Positions 35,826 through 44,273 of a DNA stretch of 64,000 bases are shown here, piece after piece (the stretch's first letter is position 1; every line of letters begins with the position of its first letter). Below the pieces are notes generated by a model. The model ran no database searches and had not been told where the DNA came from. It worked only from the letters and a program-made list of their open reading frames with translations. The translations under genes and the position numbers were made by a program. Origin of the DNA: a virus (taxonomy: Duplodnaviria > Caudoviricetes); IMG/VR virus record IMGVR_UViG_3300025410_000009; one strand, written 5' to 3'.

Positions 35826-37112
35826 TCAATACCTATAAGTGTCTGACTTGAATGGCCCTGTGGTGTTGACACCAATGTATGCTGCCTGTTCATCGGTCAG
35901 TGCAGTTAGTGTAGCATTAATCTTGGCCAAATGCAAGCTAGCAACTTTTTCATCTAGATGTTTAGGCAACAGATACAGTTGGCCTCGAACATATTTGTCA
36001 GCATTGTTGAACATTTCAATCTGAGCAATGGCCTGATTGGTAAATGAATTTGACATAACAAAACTGGGGTGTCCGGTAGCACAGCCAAGATTCACCAAAC
36101 GTCCTTTGGCCAAAACAATGATGCGTTTGCCATCTGGGAATACAACATGATCCACTTGTGGTTTGATTTCTTCCCAGGTCAAGTCTGACAAGCTGGCAAT
36201 ATCAATCTCGCTGTCAAAGTGTCCAATGTTGCACACAATGCTTTGATTACGCATTTGTTCCATGTGTGCACGAGTGATCACATTGATGTTGCCGGTGGCA
36301 GTGACAAAGATGTCGGCCTTGTCGGCAGCATAATCCATTGTGACCACACGATAGCCTTCCATGGCAGCTTGTAGTGCACAGATGGGATCAACTTCGGTTA
36401 CCCATACTTGAGCGCTCAGTGCTCGCAAGGCTGCAGCCGAACCCTTGCCCACATCGCCAAATCCGCACACTACAGCCACTTTGCCAGCAATCATGACATC
36501 AGTGGCACGTTTGATAGCATCCACTAGACTTTCTCTGCAACCATACAAGTTGTCAAATTTGGTCTTGGTCACTGAGTCATTGACATTGATAGCAGGAATA
36601 CGCAAGGTACCGGCAGCAATACGTTCAACCAATTTGTGAATACCAGTGGTGGTTTCTTCGGTGACACCAATGATGCCATCTAGCAATTCGGGATAGAGAT
36701 CGTGTACACGGCCAGTCAAGTCATGTCCGTCGTCTAACAACATGTTGGGAGTCCAACCATCGGGTCCACGAACTGTTTGGTCAATACACCACCAGTATTC
36801 TTCTTCGGTTTCGCCCTTCCAGGCAAACACAGGAATACCCAGATCAGCAATGGCGGCTGCAGCATGATCCTGTGTAGAGAAGATGTTGCAACTGCTCCAA
36901 CGCACACTGGCACCCAAGGCCACCAAGACCTTGATCAAGACTGCAGTTTGAATGGTCATGTGCAATGAACCAGTGATACGTGCACCTGCTAACGGCTGTT
37001 GTGCTTGATATTCTTGCAAGATAGACATCAAGCCGGGCATTTCGCTTTCGGCAATGGCGATCTCTCGATGTCCCCATGCTGCCAGGGAGATGTCTGCTAC
37101 TTTGTAATCCAT
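35826..37112 (-). CDS. ahcY: Adenosylhomocysteinase (SAH hydrolase)
   Basis: [60 protein letters not shown] and [14 protein letters not shown]. Confidence 0.97.
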   Translation of the reverse strand: MDYKVADISLAAWGHREIAIAESEMPGLMSILQEYQAQQPLAGARITGSLHMTIQTAVLIKVLVALGASVRWSSCNIFSTQDHAAAAIADLGIPVFAWKGETEEEYWWCIDQTVRGPDGWTPNMLLDDGHDLTGRVHDLYPELLDGIIGVTEETTTGIHKLVERIAAGTLRIPAINVNDSVTKTKFDNLYGCRESLVDAIKRATDVMIAGKVAVVCGFGDVGKGSAAALRALSAQVWVTEVDPICALQAAMEGYRVVTMDYAADKADIFVTATGNINVITRAHMEQMRNQSIVCNIGHFDSEIDIASLSDLTWEEIKPQVDHVVFPDGKRIIVLAKGRLVNLGCATGHPSFVMSNSFTNQAIAQIEMFNNADKYVRGQLYLLPKHLDEKVASLHLAKINATLTALTDEQAAYIGVNTTGPFKSDTYRY

Positions 37113-37122
37113 GTTATTCCTT

Positions 37123-37530
37123 TTAATTTTTATGATGTTGCCACACAGTGTCGGATCCACCTAGGTGTCCCCAATCACTGTCTACTGTCAATTTACTTGA
37201 AATGCCACCACGTGGGCGGAACTCAATTTCTAATCTAATACGATCGGGCTCGTAAGCTGCCATCAAGTGCTTGTACATGACATCTAGCGCCCGCTCATAA
37301 CTAATTATGGTACTTCGGTACTGGAACAAATAATTCTTTAGACTCTTGAGTTCTATAGTTTTATCTTTGCCGTAGAACCATATGGTAATAAAGCCAAAGT
37401 CGGGTTGGTCACGAACACCCAGGAAAGTGAATTCTGGGATTGTGATTTTCTGTTCGTAACCACGTGCAGCATTGGGTAGAGATTTTAGGATCGAACCATC
37501 GATCGTGTTCCACAGTTTCTTTTCAGTCAT
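37123..37530 (-). CDS. queF: QueF type I-like T-fold protein lacking the catalytic Cys
   Basis: [14 protein letters not shown] aligns to QueF PEFTSLCPxTGQPDF with C replaced by G. The QueF motif ELKSLKNYL, the downstream conserved Glu (SYE) and F.PRGGIS are retained. Confidence 0.75.
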   Translation of the reverse strand: MTEKKLWNTIDGSILKSLPNAARGYEQKITIPEFTFLGVRDQPDFGFITIWFYGKDKTIELKSLKNYLFQYRSTIISYERALDVMYKHLMAAYEPDRIRLEIEFRPRGGISSKLTVDSDWGHLGGSDTVWQHHKN

Positions 37531-37532
37531 GA

Positions 37533-38624
37533 TTAAAACAAGTTAATTTTTTCCCAAGGCAATTCAACCTTGCCAAAATGTCCGTAATTGGTGGTTGCGC
37601 TGTAGATTGGACGGAACAGATCAAAACGATCAATAATGCCCTTGGGAGTAAGATCCACGTTGTCTTGAATCCACTGAGTCAGTGCACGACTGTTATGATC
37701 ACTTTCAACATAAAAGCTCATGGGATCTTTCATGCCAATGGCATAACTGATCTGCACAGTGGCCCATTTGGCTCGACCAGTGGCCACAATGTTCTTGGCC
37801 AAGTAGCGCATCATGTATGCTGCCGAGCGATCCACCTTGGTGGGGTCTTTGCCCGAGAAAGCACCGCCGCCGTGTGGAGCATAACCGCCATAAGTGTCCA
37901 CAATGATCTTGCGTCCAGTTAATCCGGTATCACCATCAGGTCCACCAATCACAAAACGGCCAGTGGGATTGATAAAGAACTCGGTGTGACTATCAATGTA
38001 CTTGGCTGGAATTGCAGATCTAATGATTTGATCTACTCGTGTACGCACAGTTTCAATATCAACATCGGGTGCATGCTGTGTTGAGCAAACAATCTTGGCA
38101 ATACGCACTGGATTGTTGTTGTCATCGTATTCAAAAGTGACTTGACTCTTGGCATCGGGCCGCAACCAAGTTTCGCCACTTTTTCTAGCAAGTGCAAGTG
38201 CCTGTACCACTTGGTGGCTCCAGTAGATGGCACTGGGCATCAAGTTACCAGTTTCAGTAGATGCATATCCAAACATGAGACCTTGGTCGCCAGCACCAAA
38301 AGTGTCGGTGCCTAGTGTAATGTCAGCACTCTGTCCGTGTAAGAGATTGGTAATCTGCACATCGCGCCAGTCAAAACCTTCTTGTTCATAACCGATATCT
38401 TTGATTACATTACGAATAGTGGTTTCGACTTGAGCGTTGTCTAGTGTGCCCTTATACTCACCGGCCACTATCACTTTGTTAGTGGTAACCAATGTTTCAC
38501 ATGCACACCGCATGGTGGGGTCTTGGTGGGCCATGACCAAATCAAGAATACCATCACTGATGGCATCTGCCACCTTATCTGGATGTCCTTCGCTAACACT
38601 TTCGCTTGTAAATAAGTAACTCAT
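37533..38624 (-). CDS. metK: S-adenosylmethionine synthetase
   Basis: LFTSESVSEGHPDKVADAISD, GAGDQGLMFGYA, DTGLTGRKIIVDTYGG and GGGAFSGKDPTKVDRS. Start at MSYLF. Confidence 0.97.
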   Translation of the reverse strand: MSYLFTSESVSEGHPDKVADAISDGILDLVMAHQDPTMRCACETLVTTNKVIVAGEYKGTLDNAQVETTIRNVIKDIGYEQEGFDWRDVQITNLLHGQSADITLGTDTFGAGDQGLMFGYASTETGNLMPSAIYWSHQVVQALALARKSGETWLRPDAKSQVTFEYDDNNNPVRIAKIVCSTQHAPDVDIETVRTRVDQIIRSAIPAKYIDSHTEFFINPTGRFVIGGPDGDTGLTGRKIIVDTYGGYAPHGGGAFSGKDPTKVDRSAAYMMRYLAKNIVATGRAKWATVQISYAIGMKDPMSFYVESDHNSRALTQWIQDNVDLTPKGIIDRFDLFRPIYSATTNYGHFGKVELPWEKINLF

Positions 38625-38644
38625 ATTTTCCTTTATATATTTTT

Positions 38645-38923
38645 TTAAACTGTAACCAATGCCCATATCAGGTGTTCGTCTCTGCTGTGCCACCGTGTTT
38701 CATAAACTGGTTCACCAGGACCAGTCCATGTTGCGGTGCCTTGATAGCCACGCCGGAACCAAATAAGTTTATCGGTAAGTGCACACCGTTTGGGCAACAG
38801 CGCAAACTTTTCTTTCCATACCGCTCTATGATAAAATGCATCCTGATGGAATTTGTACCAGTGTCCATCACTCATCAGCTCAGGACTTTTTGCAAGTTGG
38901 CCTTCATAGCTGAATCCAAACAT
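38645..38923 (-). CDS. Hypothetical protein
   Basis: Start MFGFSYEG, 1 nt after the queE stop. Confidence 0.5.
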   Translation of the reverse strand: MFGFSYEGQLAKSPELMSDGHWYKFHQDAFYHRAVWKEKFALLPKRCALTDKLIWFRRGYQGTATWTGPGEPVYETRWHSRDEHLIWALVTV

Positions 38924-38924
38924 G

Positions 38925-39773
38925 TCAAGTGCCCCATTCGTTCTTGAATAGCGGTACTTGCAATCGATCACTATAACGCCAACCACGTGTCAGTGCCATT
39001 AAGGCCACTGCTTTGTTGTTTAATGCATATACACTTTCAACACCGCCCACTGGCATCAAATAAACATGTCCAGTAAATCCAGCTCTACGATATTCGTCAA
39101 CTGCTTGCTCGGCATCACGCAAATCTTGCTCGGTGGATACAACAAACTTCAAATAGGTGGTTCCCACTTCTTCGTATGCACACACAATCTCGGGCTTGAT
39201 AGCATCTTCCCACTTCTCGCCGCTTGCTGGAAGTTTAGCACTCACTGAGAATGTGATTTCGTTATCAAAACCAGTACCTATCCATTCAATTAAATAGTCT
39301 TTAAATTCTGGAGTTAAGTTTTGAGTACCATTTGTTTCAAAGGTGATTTCTTTTAGATCTGCCATCTTGGGATGACTTAACAAGTCAGGATAAGCACGTT
39401 GCCAACCCAACAAGGGCTCGCCGCCCGTGATCACCAAATGTTCATCTTTCCACGTACCATGCGGAATAATATCCATAATACGCTCGGCAATTGCGTCAGT
39501 ATCAAGTAAGGGAGATAGATGCTTAAAATCAGGATGCCAACTGGCATAGCTATCACAACCGGTAGTGACAAGAGGAAGTTCTTCATATTTGTTATACAAG
39601 TGCATCACTTGGGCAAGGTCTTCAGCTTCGGTACTCAGCTGGCCTCGTGGCATGCCAAATCCTGCACAGCGGAAATTACAGCCGAAAGTACGTAAAAAGA
39701 CACTAGGTACACCCATGTACCTTCCTTCTCCCTGTACGCTGTAAAACAGTTCTGCAATTTTAATCTTGCTCAT
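38925..39773 (-). CDS. queE: 7-carboxy-7-deazaguanine synthase (radical SAM)
   Basis: ELFYSVQGEG.YMGVPSVFLRTFGCNFRC...GCDS, VITGGEP, ETNGT, YLKFVV and RLQV. Confidence 0.93.
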   Translation of the reverse strand: MSKIKIAELFYSVQGEGRYMGVPSVFLRTFGCNFRCAGFGMPRGQLSTEAEDLAQVMHLYNKYEELPLVTTGCDSYASWHPDFKHLSPLLDTDAIAERIMDIIPHGTWKDEHLVITGGEPLLGWQRAYPDLLSHPKMADLKEITFETNGTQNLTPEFKDYLIEWIGTGFDNEITFSVSAKLPASGEKWEDAIKPEIVCAYEEVGTTYLKFVVSTEQDLRDAEQAVDEYRRAGFTGHVYLMPVGGVESVYALNNKAVALMALTRGWRYSDRLQVPLFKNEWGT

Positions 39774-40038
39774 AGACAGTGGACCATTTCTTTAGTTTTG
39801 CAATTTTGTTGTCGGCAGCTACACTGATCTGTTCACTGCCCACTATGTTGAATTTGATACACAAATCAATCATGGCTTGTAAATCACCCAGCTCTTCGGC
39901 CAAGTGTTCACGGTTGGTTTTAGGCTTACCGGGCTTGACGTTGTCTAAACCAAAACGATTACATTTACTGATGGCTTGTATAACTTCGGCACATTCTTCG
40001 GACAGAATGTTCATGACTTCAACAACTTGTTTATTCAT
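39760..40038 (-). CDS. MazG-like all-alpha NTP pyrophosphohydrolase
   Basis: ILSEECAEVIQAISK...LAEELGDL (ExxE...ExxD). Start reassigned to MNKQVV. Confidence 0.7.
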   Translation of the reverse strand: MNKQVVEVMNILSEECAEVIQAISKCNRFGLDNVKPGKPKTNREHLAEELGDLQAMIDLCIKFNIVGSEQISVAADNKIAKLKKWSTVYEQD

Positions 40039-40174
40039 CATCATGCCGATTGTTTTGTTCAATGCCGTACTGTTCATACAACCACTTGATAAAACGCTCA
40101 ATGTCAAGGCTGGGATATGCATACATTTTGTATGCCACGGTGACTTTCTCTAACCATTCTTTATCTTTTAACAT
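40031..40174 (-). CDS. Small hypothetical protein (47 aa; not in ORF track)
   Basis: Read manually as MLKDKEWLEKVTVAYKMYAYPSLDIERFIKWLYEQYGIEQNNRHDDE*. It has a GAGG RBS and overlaps the start of the next gene. Confidence 0.6.
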   Translation of the reverse strand: MLKDKEWLEKVTVAYKMYAYPSLDIERFIKWLYEQYGIEQNNRHDDE

Positions 40175-40245
40175 GTATACCTCACTACTATATTTTGCTA
40201 TGATAACACAAATTGCTTAAAAAAGCAACAACGAGTTTTACCAAA

Positions 40246-40440
40246 CTAGATTTGGTTCCAGTGGCATATGACGCCGGCTATGATAAAACAATTGGTCATG
40301 ACATACGACAGCACAATCACAGTGCGTATACCAGCAACACGATCGGCTTCTTGATCGGTGTTGCTGGTCTTTTCGCCCAGGGCCTTGGCCCATAGACGCC
40401 AAAGCGTTTTAACCTTCGTAGATAGCCGAATTAGCACCAT
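40246..40440 (-). CDS. Small membrane-associated hypothetical protein
   Basis: WRLWAKALGEK...IRTVIVLSYVMTNCFIIAGVICHW has a hydrophobic C-terminal segment. The start is uncertain. Confidence 0.5.
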   Translation of the reverse strand: MVLIRLSTKVKTLWRLWAKALGEKTSNTDQEADRVAGIRTVIVLSYVMTNCFIIAGVICHWNQI

Positions 40441-40894
40441 GTTCGAATACTTCAACTGATTTGATTCTTACACTGGGGTTAATGGGGTAACGTTGGTCAC
40501 CTTGAGTCAGTAGCTCGGCCATTTTGTCGTAGCACATCTTGGCAAACATTTCGCAACCGACACCAGGCACAATGCGTAAATCGCATACACCGCTGTCTTC
40601 GAATCCACCACCAATGGCGTTCAGTTGCTTGAAAGTTTCCAAGTGTGGATCATCTTCGGCAATGACCAAGGTGTGATCAAACATGGTGTCGGCCCAGGCC
40701 TTGAATCCTTTGAGACCACCAAAGTCCATGCACCAGTTTTTGTCATCCAGTGTGTCGCACTCAAATACGAGCTTGATGCCAATTGAGTAACCATGCAATG
40801 TCGAGCAGTGGCTATGTGAAGCACGCCACTGTCTAAAACAGCAGGACAGCCCTCTGTCGTTACCGTATGTTTTTGTTGAGTAAAATTTTGCCAT
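40409..40894 (-). CDS. queD: 6-carboxy-5,6,7,8-tetrahydropterin synthase
   Basis: CSTLHGY (CxxxHG), W..DFG.LK...FDH and GCE..A...E.FE. Confidence 0.92.
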   Translation of the reverse strand: MAKFYSTKTYGNDRGLSCCFRQWRASHSHCSTLHGYSIGIKLVFECDTLDDKNWCMDFGGLKGFKAWADTMFDHTLVIAEDDPHLETFKQLNAIGGGFEDSGVCDLRIVPGVGCEMFAKMCYDKMAELLTQGDQRYPINPSVRIKSVEVFEHGANSAIYEG

Positions 40895-40911
40895 GTTATT
40901 CTCCTATGTTA

Positions 40912-40975
40912 ATTATAGCATAGGCGGCGGAGTTTGTAAAGCGGGACGATGCCGATAGACCGCTAGAGATATTTA
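40912..40975 (-). promoter_or_regulatory. Dual promoter for queD: late TAAATA (40970-40975) and TTTACA-N17-TATAAT (40912-40940)
   Basis: Both elements read directly upstream of the AGGAG RBS. Confidence 0.6.
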
Positions 40976-41170
40976 TTGCAGGTTGTAGTGGCTGAGAATA
41001 GATTGCTCAGCTTCAACATTTTGCTTTCGTGCAAGATTGGCACATTCGCGCACCAGCAGTTCAGCAAAGTGTTCAAGCATGGCACCACCCACTTCGGGAT
41101 AGTGACTACCGCCTACTTCCAAGGCAAGTTCGATAAATTTGGGATTGGTCATTGTGGGTTTGGTGTTCAT
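40973..41170 (-). CDS. Hypothetical protein
   Basis: 65-aa ORF (FAELLVRECA) coupled by an ATGA overlap. Confidence 0.55.
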   Translation of the reverse strand: MNTKPTMTNPKFIELALEVGGSHYPEVGGAMLEHFAELLVRECANLARKQNVEAEQSILSHYNLQ

Positions 41171-41568
41171 GATGGTTGTTTAAGTAAATGCATGGAAATA
41201 ATTTTGCCCAATTCGCGATCGAAGTTTTTCTTATCGTCGGGGATGATATAAAGTTCAGCCTGTGAATTGCTGGCAGCACAGCGTACCACATAGCCGCCAT
41301 TGGCTTTCACAATCGAAAATGTAAGTTCAGAGTTTTCAAGCATAGTGTTAATCAAGTTTCTTCTAGAAAGGGTGTTTAAGGTATCGGAAAGGTTGAAGTT
41401 ACCATATTGGTTAGTGCCCCAAACACCGGTTTGGTTAGTGGTATAGGTGTATCCGCCACTACCTACGGCACCAATAGTCAATGGTGCAAGTGTTGCACCG
41501 GGAATGACAGTACAGCCGGCAGTATTGCCTGACAGCGTGATGTTGTTTGAAGTTGCCATGTTTGACAT
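41167..41568 (-). CDS. Hypothetical protein; C-terminus resembles 46127..46429
   Basis: Start MSNM with GAGG RBS. C-terminal TFSIVKANGGYVV...FDRELGKIISM. Confidence 0.55.
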   Translation of the reverse strand: MSNMATSNNITLSGNTAGCTVIPGATLAPLTIGAVGSGGYTYTTNQTGVWGTNQYGNFNLSDTLNTLSRRNLINTMLENSELTFSIVKANGGYVVRCAASNSQAELYIIPDDKKNFDRELGKIISMHLLKQPS

Positions 41569-41569
41569 A

Positions 41570-42469
41570 TCAAGCCTCGGGGTCAACAGCCAAGCCTTGC
41601 CAGGCCTTGATTTTGATTTCATCAACATCGGCTACATCTTCGCTCCACGAACTGATCCATCTGGCACCGGTCCATTTGGCTTGATGTGTCCAGCTGTTGC
41701 GTCCAGCAGTTTTAATTGTGTAGATGCCCTCACGTGCTGGTTTGATTTTTTTAGGGAACCACTCGGTCATGGGGTACTCAATGTCATCCATGTTGGTATA
41801 CTTGATGTACTGACCATTGTTGTATTTTTGCGAGCCAGCAATGTAGAAACCAAAGTCGCTGCTCTTACCGTCGGTGCCACCACCGTCGTTGTCGATATCA
41901 ACATCATTGTAGCTGACACCCACAACAAACTCTTCACAATCAAAATCAGTCAACAACAATGTCAATTTAGTGATGTCAAACGGTGCTGTGAGTTCAATAG
42001 CACCCTCGAAGAAAGTGCCCTTTTCGTTACTAGTGCCTACGAATACCACTACATCGTCACCACGTTCGTCGATCCAAATTTCTTCTGTAGTTGACAGTTC
42101 AGGGCCGTCGTCTAAACCATTACAGTCGCCTAGTTCGATTTCCAGTACAGAATTCCCGTTTTCGTCAAATATTTCCATAGAGCCAGCATCTTTACTGACA
42201 CCGTTGATGTGTCCCATGTCATCGCACTCGTACCATGAGCCAGGCGAAAATGGCCACATTTCTTCGGGAATGTTGTTTTCTTCTGCGTATTCGCTGTTCC
42301 ATGCAAAGTCGCTAAGGTCCAGTCTACGACTGCAAAAGTAATCGTAGATTTCTCGCGATACGGTGCCCATGACACGTTCGCCACCATAACCCCACATACT
42401 GACACGATATGTGCGTGGAGTAAACTTTAAAACTTCTAATAGATATTCTTGATCTTCAATTGTGGCCAT
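41570..42469 (-). CDS. Acidic hypothetical protein
   Basis: Start MATIEDQE with AAGG RBS. D/E-rich, with C-terminal module PMTEWFPKKIKPAREGIY. Confidence 0.7.
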   Translation of the reverse strand: MATIEDQEYLLEVLKFTPRTYRVSMWGYGGERVMGTVSREIYDYFCSRRLDLSDFAWNSEYAEENNIPEEMWPFSPGSWYECDDMGHINGVSKDAGSMEIFDENGNSVLEIELGDCNGLDDGPELSTTEEIWIDERGDDVVVFVGTSNEKGTFFEGAIELTAPFDITKLTLLLTDFDCEEFVVGVSYNDVDIDNDGGGTDGKSSDFGFYIAGSQKYNNGQYIKYTNMDDIEYPMTEWFPKKIKPAREGIYTIKTAGRNSWTHQAKWTGARWISSWSEDVADVDEIKIKAWQGLAVDPEA

Positions 42470-42473
42470 GATG

Positions 42474-43220
42474 TTACCTTGGTGCAAATTCTTGCTGTAG
42501 TTTGATGTTGTCAAAAAATTCTTTTTTGGTATTACCGTCGTCTTTAAAAGAACCTTTTAGTACAGTGGTCTGTGTTAGACTAGAGTGTGCCATGATGCCA
42601 CGATTCTCACAGCATCCATGTGTCATCTGCATGTATACACCGATGTCATCTGCGCCTGTGGCCTTGCCTATTTCTTTAGCAATGTCGTTACAAAGTTCCT
42701 CCTGGAGAGTACCCCGTCGGGCACACCATTGTGCAATACGTGTATACTTTGATAAGCCAATAAGTTTCTGAGCCGCAATAATGCCAATATAAGCAACACC
42801 AGTAACGGGTTGGTGATGATGGCTACACATGCTACGAAGCTCACTACGAACCACTAGCATGCCCTCATAACGATCCGCTGAGTCATTTGGAAATGCTGTA
42901 GCGTCGGGTGCTGGGTCATATCTACCTGCCATTACTTCGTTAAAATACATCTTGGCCAGTCTACGTGCTGTACCTTTACTGTTAGGATCGGTTTCGCGAT
43001 CAATGAGTAATCGATCTAGTACTGTTTCAAAAGCCTCTGCGGCTTCGTCAATAAGTTTTTCTTTGAATTCTTCACTAACGTATTCGCTAATGTTATCACC
43101 TGCCCAAAAACGCTTGCCCTCGCGTTTCATTTTAAAGCGAAGGTGATCGCCTAAGTAGGCTTCTTCATATCCGCCATCGCCTGCCATTGCGTCCAGGCCT
43201 GTTTCATTTTTAGTTGTCAA
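42474..43220 (-). CDS. folE: GTP cyclohydrolase I
   Basis: TARRLAKMY, SMCSHHHQP, GLSKYTRI, QEEL and HGCCENRG. Confidence 0.95.
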   Translation of the reverse strand: MTTKNETGLDAMAGDGGYEEAYLGDHLRFKMKREGKRFWAGDNISEYVSEEFKEKLIDEAAEAFETVLDRLLIDRETDPNSKGTARRLAKMYFNEVMAGRYDPAPDATAFPNDSADRYEGMLVVRSELRSMCSHHHQPVTGVAYIGIIAAQKLIGLSKYTRIAQWCARRGTLQEELCNDIAKEIGKATGADDIGVYMQMTHGCCENRGIMAHSSLTQTTVLKGSFKDDGNTKKEFFDNIKLQQEFAPR

Positions 43221-43262
43221 TTTATGGTTCTCCGAGTTAAAGACGAGGATGTCTTTGTGTTT

Positions 43263-43291
43263 ATTGTATAGTATTTAGATCTTGAGGTCAA
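43263..43291 (-). promoter_or_regulatory. folE promoter TTGACC-N17-TACAAT with nested TAAATA (43272-43277)
   Basis: Hexamers and spacing read directly. Confidence 0.65.
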
Positions 43292-43295
43292 GCAA

Positions 43296-44273
43296 TTATG
43301 GCAGTACATTATACCGTTTTTGCCAATTCCATGCAGTTGATATGATATTTTCTATATCACTATTGACCGGACGCCAAGGTGTCGCTGATTGAAATGCTGT
43401 GCTGTCAGCCACCAGTTCATCGGGGTCGCCAGCTCGAGGATCGCCCATTTGATAAGTGATCGGTGCACCAACTACGCGACTACAGCCAGCAACTATTTCC
43501 TGATTAGTGTGCCCACGACCAGTTCCCAAATTATAGATTCTTGACTCACCGGGTGTCATGGTGTGTGCCAGTCGTACTGCTTCTAGGTGTGCTTGAGCAA
43601 TATCGGTCACATGCAGGTAATCACGTATGCAGGTGCCGTCACGAGTGTTGTAGTTGTCGCCGTACAGCGTAAAAGGTTCTTGGCGCTGATGGGCACTCAG
43701 CACTCGCGGAATCATATGCGTATCATCTGCTACATGGCCCAGGTCAACATCGGCATCGGCACCGGCAGCATTAAAATAACGCAGTATCACACCGCGATGT
43801 TGATGTGCTTGGCAGTGATCTTGTATCACTTGCTCGCACATGAGTTTGCTCCACCCATAGGGATTTATGGGCTGTGTTGGTGCAGTCTCAGGGATTGGAC
43901 TGGTGCATTTGTTGCCATATGTGGCTGCACTACTACTGAACACAATAATGCCACGCCAATCGCTTAATTCCACCAACATTTGATTGGTTTTGGCCACATT
44001 ATTGCTATAATATTCGCCAGGATTGCCAATACTGGGACCTACTAGGCTAGTACCGGCACAATGCACAACAACACCAACCTTTTCAAGGTCAGCAGTGGTG
44101 GCAACGAAGTCGGCAAAGTCGCCCATGATCCAGTGGTCCAGGTATTTTGCTGCCTCGGGAATGGTACAATGTCGATCAATCCCAATCACACGGCAACCGG
44201 CCTCTTTGAACACCTTGGCAGTATGAGCACCAATGAATCCTAGAGCGCCGGTAATGATTACAGATCTTGACAT
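43296..44273 (-). CDS. galE: UDP-glucose 4-epimerase
   Basis: GALGFIG, VVHCAG.S.VG.S...P..YY.NN, FSSSAATYG, YGWSK, LRYFNAAGA and DGTCIRDYLHVTDIA. Confidence 0.9.
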   Translation of the reverse strand: MSRSVIITGALGFIGAHTAKVFKEAGCRVIGIDRHCTIPEAAKYLDHWIMGDFADFVATTADLEKVGVVVHCAGTSLVGPSIGNPGEYYSNNVAKTNQMLVELSDWRGIIVFSSSAATYGNKCTSPIPETAPTQPINPYGWSKLMCEQVIQDHCQAHQHRGVILRYFNAAGADADVDLGHVADDTHMIPRVLSAHQRQEPFTLYGDNYNTRDGTCIRDYLHVTDIAQAHLEAVRLAHTMTPGESRIYNLGTGRGHTNQEIVAGCSRVVGAPITYQMGDPRAGDPDELVADSTAFQSATPWRPVNSDIENIISTAWNWQKRYNVLP

